Shown here: piece after piece, positions 50,001 to 59,671 of the stretch
Position numbering within the stretch: the first letter of the stretch is position 1
Layout: each line of letters begins with the position of its first letter
From: an uncultured delta proteobacterium
Lineage (GTDB): Bacteria; Myxococcota; Myxococcia; Myxococcales; Myxococcaceae
Reading direction: 5' to 3'
DNA length: 64,000 bases
Assembly: GCA_963771175.1 (NCBI GenBank)
Contig: CAVYSY010000046.1
Coordinates: forward strand, 32,001 to 96,000
Position numbers and translations under genes: made by a program
Notes under the pieces: generated by a model
The model's input: only the letters and a program-made list of their open reading frames with translations
Told to the model about the DNA's origin: nothing
The model's database searches: none

Positions 50001-52415
50001 GAGCGTCACAACTACGCCTCGTCCCGGGGCAAGGCGCTCTACACCCAGGAGTTCATCAGCTACTGGACCCGGCCCATCTCCCTCTCGCTGGAGCTCATCC
50101 GCAGCGCCTTCCATCACGCGCGGCAGGTCGGGGACCTCCCGGTCGCCAGCTATTGCTGCAACCACATCCTCACGGATCGCCTCGTCCTGGGTGACAAGCT
50201 GGAGGACGTCTACCTGGAGTCGGTGGCGCGCCTGGATTTCGTACGCAAGGCGGGCTTCCTGGACGTGCAGGACATCATTCGCCCCACCCAGCGCTACGTC
50301 CAGCAGTTGCGCGGGCTCTCGCGCTCCTTCGGCACGCTGAGTGGTGATGACTTCGAGGAAGAGGAGTTCGAGGCCAGTCTGACACCCGGGCGTATGAGCA
50401 CCATGCGGTGTTGGTACTGGCTGCACAAGATGCAGTCGCGCTTCATGTGCGGCGCGTACGAGGAAGCACGCGAAGCGGGAGAGAAGGCCACGGCGCTCAT
50501 CTGGGCCTCGTGGAGCCACATCCAGCTCCTGGACTACCACCTCTACCGGGCGCTGACGCTGGCCGCCTGCTACGAGGGGGCGGCGCCGGAGGAGCAGCGG
50601 CGGTTCCTCGAGGCCATGGGGGAGCACCAGCGGCAACTCGCGGAGTGGGCGAGCCATTGCCCCGAGAACTTCCTCGCACCCGAGCGGATGGTGTCCGCGG
50701 AGCTGGCCCGCGTGATGGGCCGGCCGGAGGAGGCGATGCGCGCCTACGAGGACGCGCTTCAGTCGGCCCGGGCTCACGGCTTCATCCAGAACGTCGGCCT
50801 CGCCAGCGAGCTGGCGGCGAACTTCTGGCGCGCGCGAGGGTTCGCGACCATCGCCGAGGGCTATGCCCATTCGGCCCGGGAGGCGTACCAGCAGTGGGGC
50901 GCCCGGGGTAAGGTCAAGCACCTGGAGTCCCGGTGGCCACACCTCGTGTTCTCGGCGGCCTCTTCGGACACGACCTCCTACGATACGGATTCGGCGCAGA
51001 TCGACGCGCACACCGTGGTGAAGGCCCAGCAGGCCATCTCCGGGGAGATAGTCCTGGACCGGCTGGTGACCACTCTCACGCAGGTGGCCATCGAGAACGC
51101 CGGCGCCCAGCGCGGCGCCCTCCTGCTGCCGAGAGGGGACACGCTCAGGGTGGTGTCCATCTCGGGCGCCTCGCCGGGCGCGCCCATCATCGTTCCGGGC
51201 GAGGAGGCCACCCACGAGCTGCCCTGGACGCTCATCGCCTACGTCAAGCGCACGCACGAGCATGTGCTCATCGGTGACGCCGCGAAGGATCACCCCTTCT
51301 CCGCCGACGAGTACTTCAGGCGTGGCCGGGCCCGGTCGGTGCTCTGCCTTCCACTGTTGCGACAGGATGCGTTCTTCGGGGTGCTGTACCTGGAGAACAG
51401 CCTGGCGACCGAGGCGTTCACTCCAGCCCGTATCGCCCTGCTCGGACACATCGCCTCCCAGGCCGCCATCTCCATGGAGAACGCGCGGTTGTACGCCGAG
51501 GTGCGGCACGCCGAGGCGGCCCTGCGCCGTGCCAATGACGAGCTGGAGACGCGGGTGGAGGAGCGCACGCGGGAGCTTCGGGACGCCCAGGCCCGGCTCG
51601 TGGACACCGCGCGCGCGGTGGGCATGTCCGAGGTCGCCTCCAATGTGTTGCACAACGTCGGCAATGTCCTCACCAGCGCCGTCGTCAACCTCGACCTGAT
51701 GCGTGCTGCGGAGGGCGCCTCGCGCTTCGGCCGGCTGAAGCAGCTCGCGGCGATGATCGATTTGCACCGCGACGGCCTGGCGGACTTCCTCACCCAGGAT
51801 CCACGCGGCAGGAGCCTGCCGGACTACTTCTGCGCGCTCACCGAGGAGCTCTTCCGCGAGAGGGAGAGCCTGCGGGGGAGATTGGAGGAGATGGGCTGGC
51901 ACATCGAGCACATCCGCTCCATCGTCCAGGTGCAGCAGACATACGCGAAGACCTCGCTTCTCATCGACGAGTGCGACCTGTCGCGGCTGGTCGAGGATGC
52001 CCTGCGCATCCAGAGGGCGGCGCTCGAGCGCCACGGCGTCTCCATCACGAGCGAGCTCACATCCACCGCCCAGGTGAAGGTGGACAGGCACAAGGTGCTG
52101 CAGATCCTCATCAATCTCATCAGCAACGCCAAATATGCCCTGGGGGACGTACCCGAGGGACAGCGGCGGGTGCTGGTGAGGCTCACCATGGAGGAGGGGA
52201 TGGCTCGAATCCAGGTGGTGGACAATGGGGTGGGAATCGCGCCGGAGGTCCGCGAGCGGCTCTTCTCGCATGGCTTCACCACGCGGAATGATGGCCATGG
52301 TTTCGGCCTGCACTCGAGCGCGCTCGCGGCGATGCTGTTGGGAGGCACCCTCCGGCTGGAGAGTGAAGGGCCGGGCCGGGGGGCCACGGCAACGTTGGAG
52401 CTCCCACTCGCGTGA
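47094..52415 (+). CDS. Hybrid Ser/Thr kinase - AAA ATPase - GAF - histidine kinase
   Basis: HKDLKPSN, DFG, YMSPEQTGR; GYSGIGKS; LDDLQWAD; GVLYLEN; LHNVGN; NLISNA, DNGVG, GHGFGL. Confidence 0.93.
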   Translation: MYLPKPISPSNSLDIPGYRLLGSLRVTGANVLFLAVGEADNRPVIIKTPANPSPGPREWERYRWEHGILQRLRDVRGVSRVHSCELIQDRPVLILEEVEGESLLEAVGQRFAISSFLELAISMASALGEIHRRGIIHKDLKPSNIIITPAGEARIIDFGSATVQQVEHVDSAAPSLIEGTLAYMSPEQTGRMNRAVDYRTDLYSLGVTFYELLTGTLPFCASDALGWFHAHLAQLPRPPQELVATLPPALSAIVMKLLAKVAEERYQSAEGLKVDLERCREDLLQGVSRVFPLGERDFPSRFQIPQRLYGRDAHVATLFQGFERIVQGGRPELLLVSGYSGIGKSSVVNELQRPVVERRGFFLRGKFDQFQRDVPYATLAQAIRGLVRQLLAGTDEELAKWRGLLREAWGDNGQVLVDLVPQLELVVGKQPAIQELPPAEAQVRFNRVFQQFLGVFSTSEHPLVVFLDDLQWADLASLGILKHLLGDEDMPPVLLVGAYRDNEVSPSHPLMLMLEEVRKTGARVTDIRLEPLSAAQLRQLVADTLPGAGEELVVPLSELILEKTGGNPFFLIQLMLTLNQDGLLARTPQGAWRWDAAGVRAKAYSDNVVDFMVGKLRQLPAGTQHLLRLAACVGSGFPLPMLAIISGIEVSEVEQSLEPALQEGLLARHGAEQYRFLHDRIQQASQALIPEEERAAVHLSIGRLLLASLSPEEVREKLFDLVGQFNAGAALLEDPEERLQVARLNAEAGRKAKASIAYRSAIAYFEAAFNLLPGEPWTTDPELAFKLRLEQATCEFMNGNAAGARHLLAELRPRARVSADIAAVYRLTSELHLAMGEVPEAITCFLECLALLGMPMSPHPSWEEVVAANEEVWALLNGRPIESLIDLPLLKDPEIQAVLGVLGAMFAAAFFTDNNLLILHLCRLVSLTLRYGNSEAAVHGYAWYGVVLGSAFKKYREGYAFGTLACALVERHNYASSRGKALYTQEFISYWTRPISLSLELIRSAFHHARQVGDLPVASYCCNHILTDRLVLGDKLEDVYLESVARLDFVRKAGFLDVQDIIRPTQRYVQQLRGLSRSFGTLSGDDFEEEEFEASLTPGRMSTMRCWYWLHKMQSRFMCGAYEEAREAGEKATALIWASWSHIQLLDYHLYRALTLAACYEGAAPEEQRRFLEAMGEHQRQLAEWASHCPENFLAPERMVSAELARVMGRPEEAMRAYEDALQSARAHGFIQNVGLASELAANFWRARGFATIAEGYAHSAREAYQQWGARGKVKHLESRWPHLVFSAASSDTTSYDTDSAQIDAHTVVKAQQAISGEIVLDRLVTTLTQVAIENAGAQRGALLLPRGDTLRVVSISGASPGAPIIVPGEEATHELPWTLIAYVKRTHEHVLIGDAAKDHPFSADEYFRRGRARSVLCLPLLRQDAFFGVLYLENSLATEAFTPARIALLGHIASQAAISMENARLYAEVRHAEAALRRANDELETRVEERTRELRDAQARLVDTARAVGMSEVASNVLHNVGNVLTSAVVNLDLMRAAEGASRFGRLKQLAAMIDLHRDGLADFLTQDPRGRSLPDYFCALTEELFRERESLRGRLEEMGWHIEHIRSIVQVQQTYAKTSLLIDECDLSRLVEDALRIQRAALERHGVSITSELTSTAQVKVDRHKVLQILINLISNAKYALGDVPEGQRRVLVRLTMEEGMARIQVVDNGVGIAPEVRERLFSHGFTTRNDGHGFGLHSSALAAMLLGGTLRLESEGPGRGATATLELPLA

Positions 52416-52526
52416 GCGCTCAGGTGTCCGCGGGCTCCTGGCAGCCCGTGTCCTCGCTGCCTACGAAGCTGGCCCCGGCGCAGGGGCCAGCGCAGCGTGC
52501 GTGGTGTTGACGAATCCCTCTGGGAG

Positions 52527-54665
52527 CTACCAACTCACCGAGTCGACAGCGACGGTATCGGACCAGGTGGCGTCGGTGTGGAGCATCAGGCCGAGCCGAT
52601 GGAGCGGCACCGCCGCATCCGCGGGGACCTGGAGGGTGAGCGTGTTCCAGGCCCCCGGGACGAGAGCCGTGCCCGAGTACCACGAGTCCGTCCAGCGCCA
52701 CGCGCCGGCCGAGTCCTCCTGGACGAAGGGCTGGGCCCCGGAGACGTGGTGTCCGGAGGGGACCCACAGGTGGAAGGTGATGGTGCTGCCCGCGGGGGTG
52801 GTGGGCGACAGGGCATACACCAGACCCGAGGCGGACGCGGTGCCCGCCATCGACACCGCGAGCGACTGGTCTCCCGCCCAGGCCCGTGCCGCGGAGGCGG
52901 ACGCTCCCGTCACAATCGCTCCCGAGTACAACCAGCTCTGGGTGCCGCTCTCGAAGTTGTAGAACGCGCTGTCCGAGCTGGGGGCGGGCTCCACTCCCTG
53001 GAGGGTGGCCGCGAAGTTCCAGTGGTGGCCGGTCCACGCCGAGTCGAAGACACCCACCTTCACCGTGTAGGTTCCCGTGGAGGGCACGGTCCACGTGTAG
53101 TGGTAGTCGCGGGACTGGCCGTAGAAGAAGGCCTGGCCGTTCACGATCTGCTGCCCCACCTTGAGACCCGCCGCGTCGTGGACCTCGATGTCGATGATGG
53201 CGCCGCTCAGCGGGCCTCCGGTGGCGGTGACGGTAGCGGTGATGTCGACGCTCGTGCCCGCGGGCACGGACGTTCCCGACAGCACGACCGAGCTGGTGAA
53301 CTTCGGGGCCTGGGCATTCGGAGGGCTCGTCGGCTCGGTGGTGGGGCCCGCGGGGATGGCCAGACCGCCGCCCTTCAGGAAGTTGCCCGCGCGGCTCTTC
53401 ATGAAGAGCTGGCCGTCCGAGTAGTAGTCGTTGGTGTACGAGCTCTGCGTCTCCTCCCCCTTGCCGAAGAGGAGGGCGATGACACCGCTGGAGGCGAACT
53501 TCTCCAGGTGCGCCAGCCCATCGGGGCCGAAGAAGTACTCGGCGCGGTTGTCCTTGTAGCCCTCGCGCGGGGCGTTGCTCGTGTTGGGCACGTTGAGGTG
53601 CTGGGAGTTGCCCAGGGGCATCTGCCAGAGGATCCACCGCTTGCCGGAGGCGACGTTCCACAGCCGCAGCCACTCGGCGTACCGGTTGAAGCTCCGGGAG
53701 TCGAGGGGCGCCGAGTCGCTCGGGTCCCACCACCGGTTCTCCCCGCGGACGAGCTGGAAGTAGTCCGCGTCCCGGTCGAGCGGATCCGTCACCAGCACAT
53801 CATAGGTGCTGCCCGTGATGTTGGGCGCCAGGCCGAAGGGCTTGAGGAAGTCGTGGACCTTGGAGACCTCGGCCTCCAGCGGGAGCCCGAGGGCGAAGTG
53901 GATGATGTCCTGACCGCTGGCCCAGCCCGAGACGTGAGGGGCGAGGATGACATTGCTGGCGCCCACGACCTCGCGCAGTTGGAGGAAGGCGAGTCCCCAG
54001 CCGGCCAACGTGTTGGGCAGTTGCGCCAGCTCCGGCAGCCCCGTGTCCGCGATGGCCCCGTAGGCGTTGGGGTTGTTCTGCGACTGCTTCTGGAGGAAGC
54101 CGAAACCATCCGCCTCGATGAGGACCACCACGGGCTTGTTGAACTCCTTCGCCCGCTGCATCAGCATCTTGAAGTCGGAGAAGTAGCTCCGCATGGTGGA
54201 GGCGTTCTGCACCTTGGCGAGGACGGCCTCCTCACCGCCGCCCGGCTCGGTGTTGAGCTGGTAGTACTGGATGGTCGGGATGAAGCCCTGCGCGTCGCAC
54301 TGCTGCATGTACTCCAGGGCGAAGGCGCCATCGGCGGGTCCCCAGCCCCAGTTGTTGACCCAGCCCTTGATGAAGTAGCGGTAGCGCAGGTCCCAGGGCA
54401 CACCGCTGTCCCTCATCCAGGTGAACACGGTGTCCTCGAACAGGCCCACCGCGAGTCGCGTCGGCAGTCCCGCGGGGATCTGCCCCGAGACAGGGCCAAT
54501 CAACGACTCACTTCGCGCGACCAGGGGCTCACCGGACGCGGCCGGCTCCGTTGGCGGCTGACACGCCAACAGCGGTACCAGGGTCAAGGCCAGCAGGGTG
54601 CGTATGGAGTCCAGACAGCTCGTGGTCGCTCCACAGGCGGAGTCGATTTTTCCAGCTCGATTCAA
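52527..54665 (-). CDS. Lipoprotein with putative glycoside-hydrolase-like domain and C-terminal carbohydrate-binding modules
   Basis: AGGAGG SD + TTG 54665, lipobox LLAC, aromatic-rich core (VLIEADG), Ig-like segment, YNFESGTQSW CBM-like tail. Confidence 0.6.
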   Translation of the reverse strand: MNRAGKIDSACGATTSCLDSIRTLLALTLVPLLACQPPTEPAASGEPLVARSESLIGPVSGQIPAGLPTRLAVGLFEDTVFTWMRDSGVPWDLRYRYFIKGWVNNWGWGPADGAFALEYMQQCDAQGFIPTIQYYQLNTEPGGGEEAVLAKVQNASTMRSYFSDFKMLMQRAKEFNKPVVVLIEADGFGFLQKQSQNNPNAYGAIADTGLPELAQLPNTLAGWGLAFLQLREVVGASNVILAPHVSGWASGQDIIHFALGLPLEAEVSKVHDFLKPFGLAPNITGSTYDVLVTDPLDRDADYFQLVRGENRWWDPSDSAPLDSRSFNRYAEWLRLWNVASGKRWILWQMPLGNSQHLNVPNTSNAPREGYKDNRAEYFFGPDGLAHLEKFASSGVIALLFGKGEETQSSYTNDYYSDGQLFMKSRAGNFLKGGGLAIPAGPTTEPTSPPNAQAPKFTSSVVLSGTSVPAGTSVDITATVTATGGPLSGAIIDIEVHDAAGLKVGQQIVNGQAFFYGQSRDYHYTWTVPSTGTYTVKVGVFDSAWTGHHWNFAATLQGVEPAPSSDSAFYNFESGTQSWLYSGAIVTGASASAARAWAGDQSLAVSMAGTASASGLVYALSPTTPAGSTITFHLWVPSGHHVSGAQPFVQEDSAGAWRWTDSWYSGTALVPGAWNTLTLQVPADAAVPLHRLGLMLHTDATWSDTVAVDSVSW

Positions 54666-54752
54666 CGTGACCTCCTGGACTGGTTCGAATTCCAGGGACC
54701 TCACGAGAGGTCCAATCGGCCACAACTCCAATGTGTTGCACGAGCTCCGGGG

Positions 54753-56861
54753 TCACCCGTTGAGTTGAGGGAAACCGGGCTCGAGCTGGCGGAGGACCTG
54801 CTCATAGGGCACCACCGTGCGCAGCTCCTCCAGCGAGGTGAGACCCTCCGCCGCGAGCCGGGCGGCATGTGCCACCAGTGGCCGGAAACCCGAGTCCATG
54901 GCGCTCCGCCGCAATCGCGAGGGCTCCAGGCCGCGCTCCATCGCGCCGCGGCCCTGCTCGTCCGGCTCCCAGTACTCCGCGAGGACGAGGCGGCCCGAGT
55001 AGCCCGTGCCTCCACACGCCTCGCAGCCCTGGCCCCGCCTCAGCCTCGCCCACATGGGGAGGCCCAGGGGGAAGAACTCCTTCACCAGCTCGGCGGGAGG
55101 CACGTCCGGCGCGGCGCACCCCGGACAGTTCCTCCGCGCCAGTCGCTGTCCCAGCACGCCGAGCAGTGTCTGGGCGAGCAGGCCCTCCTCCACGCCCAGG
55201 TCCATGATGCGCCGCACCACTCCGAACACGTCGTTGGCGTGCACCGTGCTGAGGATGAGGTGTCCGGTGAGCGCCGCGCGCAGCGCGCTCCGCGCCGTCT
55301 CCGCGTCGCGAATCTCCCCCACCAGGATGACGTCCGGATCCTGCCGCATGAAGGCCCGCACGAGCCGGTCGAAGGTGTTGCCGATCGACTCGTCCACCTG
55401 GCTCTGCTGCACGCCCTCCAGGGCGTACTCGATGGGATCCTCCGCGGTGAGGATCTTCTGCCCGGGGTGCTTGAGCTCCTCGAGGATGGAGTACAGCGTC
55501 GTCGTCTTGCCGGAGCCGGTGGGCCCGGTGATGAGCAGCAGCCCCTGGGGGTTGACCAGCAGCCGGCGAAGGTGCGCCAGCAACTCCGGGTCGAAGCCGA
55601 GCTGCTCCAGGGTGGAGACGGCCGAGCCCTGCTCCAGCACCCGGAGGGCGATGTTCTCTCCCCACAGCGTCGGCTGGGTGGCCACGCGGAAGTCCACCTG
55701 TCCCCGCTCGTAGCGGCGCCGGAGCGCCCCGTCCTGCGGCCGACGCGACTCGGTGATGTCCAGTCGCGCGTCCACCTTCAGCTTCGTCACCACGGCCTGC
55801 GCGTTCTCCGGCGTCACCCCGCTGTCCTTCATGGGCAGCAGGACTCCGTCCTTGCGCAGCCGCACGTCCACCCGGTGCTCGTAGCGCTCGAGGTGGATGT
55901 CGCTGCACCCACGCCTCACGGCCTCGTGCAGCAGCCGCTCGACGATGGCGGGAACGGTGGCCCCGGCTTCCATGGCGCTCGGGGGCTTGTCCGTTTCGGG
56001 AAGGGCCTCGAGGGCCAGCTTCAGCGCGCTCGGCGGGATGGCGAGGAAGTGCAGCTTCGCGCAGCCCAGCTCCCGGGCCAGCAGCTCCAACGGGTGCGTC
56101 TCGGGGAGCAGGTCCGTGAGGGCTACCCACAGTCGATCTTCCTCCACCCGCAGCGGCAGGGCCCCGCTCGATTCGATGAAGGCGCGGTGTACGCGGCGCA
56201 GCACGCCCGGGTCCACCAGCTCCTGCACCCGGGAGGCGGTGAGCAGGGGCTTGTCGAAGAACGCGCTCGCCGCGGCGTACAGTGCCTCCTCGGGGAGGTC
56301 CGCCTCCCGCAGGCGGGGTTGCCAGCCGCCGGGGCCCTGGGGGGAGAGCGACTCCGCCAGCGCGTGGCCGATGAGCCCCAGGCGCTGCAGGTAGCGCGGG
56401 AAGGAGTGCTTTCCCGGGTCCCTCCGCTCCAGCTCCGCCCAGGTGTGCTGGATGCGGGGGCTCAGGGCCTGCTGTTCCCCGAGCACCACCAGCTCCAGTC
56501 CGGGCAGGGGAGGCCGCATCTTCCCGTGGGACAGGGGCTCGGCCAGGCAGAACAGGCGCGAGCCCTGGAGCAGCAGCGGGAGGATGCCCGCCCCGAGTGC
56601 CCGATCGAGCGGTACGGCCCGGTGGATGCGCAGCGCCAGCACCTCGCCGTCCACCTCCGCGACGGCCACTCCCGCCTGTTCCGCGAGGAGGTGGATGAGC
56701 TCCTGACGCGAGAGCACTCCCTGCTCCAGCAGATAGCGCTCGAAGGGGAGGTTGGCCGCGTGCGCTCCTTCGAGCAGTGCGAGGCTGTTGGGGCGCGAGG
56801 GTCGGTGGCCGGGCAGCAGCCGGAGGAGCGTCTCTTCCTGGGAGGCAGGGGGGGGACTCAT
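54753..56861 (-). CDS. GspE/PulE/PilB family assembly ATPase
   Basis: SDIHLE, LDITESRRPQDG, GPTGSGKTTT, TAEDPIEY, RQDPDVILVGEIRD, CPGC...CEAC. Confidence 0.92.
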   Translation of the reverse strand: MSPPPASQEETLLRLLPGHRPSRPNSLALLEGAHAANLPFERYLLEQGVLSRQELIHLLAEQAGVAVAEVDGEVLALRIHRAVPLDRALGAGILPLLLQGSRLFCLAEPLSHGKMRPPLPGLELVVLGEQQALSPRIQHTWAELERRDPGKHSFPRYLQRLGLIGHALAESLSPQGPGGWQPRLREADLPEEALYAAASAFFDKPLLTASRVQELVDPGVLRRVHRAFIESSGALPLRVEEDRLWVALTDLLPETHPLELLARELGCAKLHFLAIPPSALKLALEALPETDKPPSAMEAGATVPAIVERLLHEAVRRGCSDIHLERYEHRVDVRLRKDGVLLPMKDSGVTPENAQAVVTKLKVDARLDITESRRPQDGALRRRYERGQVDFRVATQPTLWGENIALRVLEQGSAVSTLEQLGFDPELLAHLRRLLVNPQGLLLITGPTGSGKTTTLYSILEELKHPGQKILTAEDPIEYALEGVQQSQVDESIGNTFDRLVRAFMRQDPDVILVGEIRDAETARSALRAALTGHLILSTVHANDVFGVVRRIMDLGVEEGLLAQTLLGVLGQRLARRNCPGCAAPDVPPAELVKEFFPLGLPMWARLRRGQGCEACGGTGYSGRLVLAEYWEPDEQGRGAMERGLEPSRLRRSAMDSGFRPLVAHAARLAAEGLTSLEELRTVVPYEQVLRQLEPGFPQLNG

Positions 56862-57041
56862 GGCAACGGGAAGGGATTGCAACCCCGGCACCACCCCGTT
56901 TCCGCCGCGAGGGAGCCCGGCCTTTCCGCAACCGCTGCGCGCCGGGGGGGCCCTCCGCGCAGCTCTTGCGCGGCGAGCCCGAACCGCCGCGCTCGGGTTC
57001 TCGCCTGGCCCCAGCAGCCGCCCGCCTGGGACCCCCAGCTC

Positions 57042-57070
57042 TCCTATACTTCCAACCTGTCCTATACTTC
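57042..57070. promoter_or_regulatory. 11-bp direct repeat upstream of FIST gene
   Basis: TCCTATACTTC at 57042 and 57060 in the divergent intergenic region. Confidence 0.5.
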
Positions 57071-57087
57071 ACGGATAGGAGGTTGGC

Positions 57088-58272
57088 ATGCCGACCCGGA
57101 TGGCGAGCGGAGCGTCGAGCTCTTCCGACACGCGCAGGGCAGTGGTTGAGGCCGTTGGGGCGGCCCGGGTGCGGCTCGGTGGCGAGACGCCCGTGCTGGG
57201 GTTCCTCCTGGCCTCCGCGAGGCATGACCTGCAGGCCATGCTGGGCGTGGCTCGGGACTGCTGCCCGGGGACGATGTTCCTCGCGTCGAGCACGGCGGGC
57301 GAGTTCACCGAGGCCGGCCTGACGCGGGGCGGGCTGAGCGTCATGCTGCTGGCTTCCGACACGCTCCAGTACGAGACCCGCTTCGCCACCTCCGTCTCCA
57401 AGAACTGCACCGCGGCCGCCGATACCCTCTGCGCGGACTTCGAGAAGCTGTCCCAGCAGGCGGGAAAACGGGGTCTCGGGCGCGCGCTCACGCTCCTGCT
57501 GGGGGATGGGCTGAACTTCATGATGGAGAGGCTGGTGGACGAGGTGCGGGAGAGGACCCGGGCCTTCCACCGCATCGTCGGCGGTGGGGCGGGGGATGAC
57601 GGCGCCTTCAAGAAGAGCTTCGTGGGAGTGGGCTCGCGCGCCGCCACGGATGCGGCCGTGGCGCTCCACCTCTTCGGGCGTCAGTCGTGGGGCATCGGGG
57701 TGGGCCACGGGGTGAGCCCCGCCTCCTCCCAGGCGACCGTCACGCGCTCCGTGGGCAATGTCGTGTACGAGCTCGACGGGCGGCCGGCCATCGAGTTCTA
57801 CCAGGAGTATGCCCGGAGCAAGGGGCTGGAGTTCTCGCCTCGGAACGCGGCGGAGTTCCTCGTGAGCAACGAGCTGGGCCTGCACGGCCTCAATGGGGTG
57901 GTGAAGGTGCGGGCGCCCCTATCGGTGACGCCGGAGGGGGCGCTGGTGTGCGCGGCGGACGTGCCGAGGAACGCGAAGGTGAGCATCGTCACCGGGACGG
58001 TGGAGAGCATGACGGCGGCGGCTCGGAATGCCGCGCAGGAGGCCCTCCAGGAGCTGGGCGGGCAGAAGCCGGCCGGGGTGTTCGTCTTCGACTGCATCTG
58101 CCGGGGCCTCGTCATGGGCCCCCGGTTCAGCGAGGAGATCGACACCATCAAGTCCGTGTTCGGCGACGTCCCCATCGCCGGCTTCCTCTCCTATAGCGAG
58201 ATTGCCCGGTTCAAGGGGCGCCTGGACGGCTACCACAACAACACCGTCGTCGTGGTGGCCGTGCCCGCGTAG
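57088..58272 (+). CDS. Stand-alone FIST signal transduction protein
   Basis: SSTAGEF, IVGGGAGDD, VYELDGRPA, FDCICR, GFLSYSEI, HNNT. Confidence 0.88.
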   Translation: MPTRMASGASSSSDTRRAVVEAVGAARVRLGGETPVLGFLLASARHDLQAMLGVARDCCPGTMFLASSTAGEFTEAGLTRGGLSVMLLASDTLQYETRFATSVSKNCTAAADTLCADFEKLSQQAGKRGLGRALTLLLGDGLNFMMERLVDEVRERTRAFHRIVGGGAGDDGAFKKSFVGVGSRAATDAAVALHLFGRQSWGIGVGHGVSPASSQATVTRSVGNVVYELDGRPAIEFYQEYARSKGLEFSPRNAAEFLVSNELGLHGLNGVVKVRAPLSVTPEGALVCAADVPRNAKVSIVTGTVESMTAAARNAAQEALQELGGQKPAGVFVFDCICRGLVMGPRFSEEIDTIKSVFGDVPIAGFLSYSEIARFKGRLDGYHNNTVVVVAVPA

Positions 58273-58300
58273 AGTGCCGGCTCCTGGAGGGGGTGTTTTC

Positions 58301-59671
58301 ATGTCGATTCGCATGGGTGTGGTGTTTCTGGTGTTGGCCCTGACGGGCTGCCCAGGCAATGGCGGGCCGGGCTCTCCTCCCGACGCGGGCGGAGACCCTC
58401 GCAGCGGATGCTTCCAGGTGCCCGAGGAGTCCTCGCTGTGGAGCGGCGAGGGGTTCATGAGCGGGACGGAGGCGGGCGAGGAGTGGCTGGACGTGGCCGT
58501 TGACTCCCAGGGCCAGCTCTACCTCGCCGGCTATGAGAATGGAGAGCTCGGAAGGATCACTCCCTCGGGAGATTCGCGCGGTGTGCTGCTGAGGGTGGGG
58601 CAGGCCGATGGCGCCACGAGCGGGTATTGGAAGAAGGAGTTCGACCTCCAGGGCACCTCCGAGACCCTCGATGTGCTGGCCTTCCACCCGGACACTGGCG
58701 CTCTCTACTTCGCGGGCCGTACCACCGGAGCCTTGTCGGGGTTCACCCACATGGGCCAGCAAGACGTCTTCATTGGCGGGCCCCGCGGCTCCGAGAGGGA
58801 TGTGATTCTCTACCAGGGGGGGACGGAGCGTCCGCAGTACCCGAACCGGCTGGCCTTCGACGCCAATCGAGACCTTATCGTCAGCGGGTATGACGACTAC
58901 TACGTGCCCACTGGCGCCAATTACGTGGATCGGTGGGAGGATCCCTTCGTCTTCAAGCTGCGGTGGGCGGAGGAGGGGGGCGCGATGAGCCAGGTCTGGT
59001 GGCGGCAGTTCGACACCTCCCGCCCCGACACGCTGGGCGGTCTGGCCGTGGACCTCCAGGGTGAGTCGGCCATCTACGTCACGGGCAACAGTGGCCCCGA
59101 GAGTGGCTCATTCGTACAGAAGATCGACAACGCCACCGGTGAGCTCGTCTCCTCGTGGCGGCAGTCGACGAGCAGCATGGACATGATGCAGGCCGCCCAC
59201 GTCCGGAAGGATGGGAAGCTGCTCATCGCCGGCTCCACGGTCGCGCTGATGGGGGCGCAGGCCTACGGCGGGCAGGACGTGGTGGTGCGGTTGCTGGATA
59301 CGTCGACCGGCCAGCCTCTCTGGACGAGCCAGTTCGGTTCCGCGGAGTCCGACTTCGTGACGGACATGGCGGTGGACGCCCAGGGCAACATCTTCGTGGT
59401 GGGCGAGACGTTGGGGGCGGTGGATCCCGCCTACGGCTACCGGGGTGATTACGACGTCTTCCTGATGAAGTTCGATCCGGAGGGCAAGCTCCTCCTCGTC
59501 CGGCAATGGGGGAGTGCGGGGGATGATCACCCGAGTGCCGTGGCGGTGGACGCGTGCGGAGAGGCTTTCATCGTCGGTTACACGACCGGCGACTTGATGG
59601 GCCCCCGTTTCCCCTGGAAGGGGTCGCGTGACGCCTTCGTCCTCACCACGGCCTCGAGCGTCTCCCGTTAG
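58301..59671 (+). CDS. SBBP (beta-propeller) repeat lipoprotein
   Basis: Lipobox LTGC; repeated (V/M)AVD..GN.(Y/F)..G.T.G and DVF/DAF blades. Confidence 0.8.
   Translation: MSIRMGVVFLVLALTGCPGNGGPGSPPDAGGDPRSGCFQVPEESSLWSGEGFMSGTEAGEEWLDVAVDSQGQLYLAGYENGELGRITPSGDSRGVLLRVGQADGATSGYWKKEFDLQGTSETLDVLAFHPDTGALYFAGRTTGALSGFTHMGQQDVFIGGPRGSERDVILYQGGTERPQYPNRLAFDANRDLIVSGYDDYYVPTGANYVDRWEDPFVFKLRWAEEGGAMSQVWWRQFDTSRPDTLGGLAVDLQGESAIYVTGNSGPESGSFVQKIDNATGELVSSWRQSTSSMDMMQAAHVRKDGKLLIAGSTVALMGAQAYGGQDVVVRLLDTSTGQPLWTSQFGSAESDFVTDMAVDAQGNIFVVGETLGAVDPAYGYRGDYDVFLMKFDPEGKLLLVRQWGSAGDDHPSAVAVDACGEAFIVGYTTGDLMGPRFPWKGSRDAFVLTTASSVSR

Noticed and set aside
54676..54713. tRNA fragment (GGTTCGAATTCC)
   Set aside because: No acceptor, D or anticodon arms; the neighbouring GGACCTC/GAGGTCC hairpin is more likely a terminator or leader structure
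52497..57885. Very long alternative ORFs (1550 aa, 1027 aa; similar ones at 33619-36696 and 49356-52313)
   Set aside because: Antisense or alternate-frame shadows of real genes, typical of high-GC DNA, with no motifs
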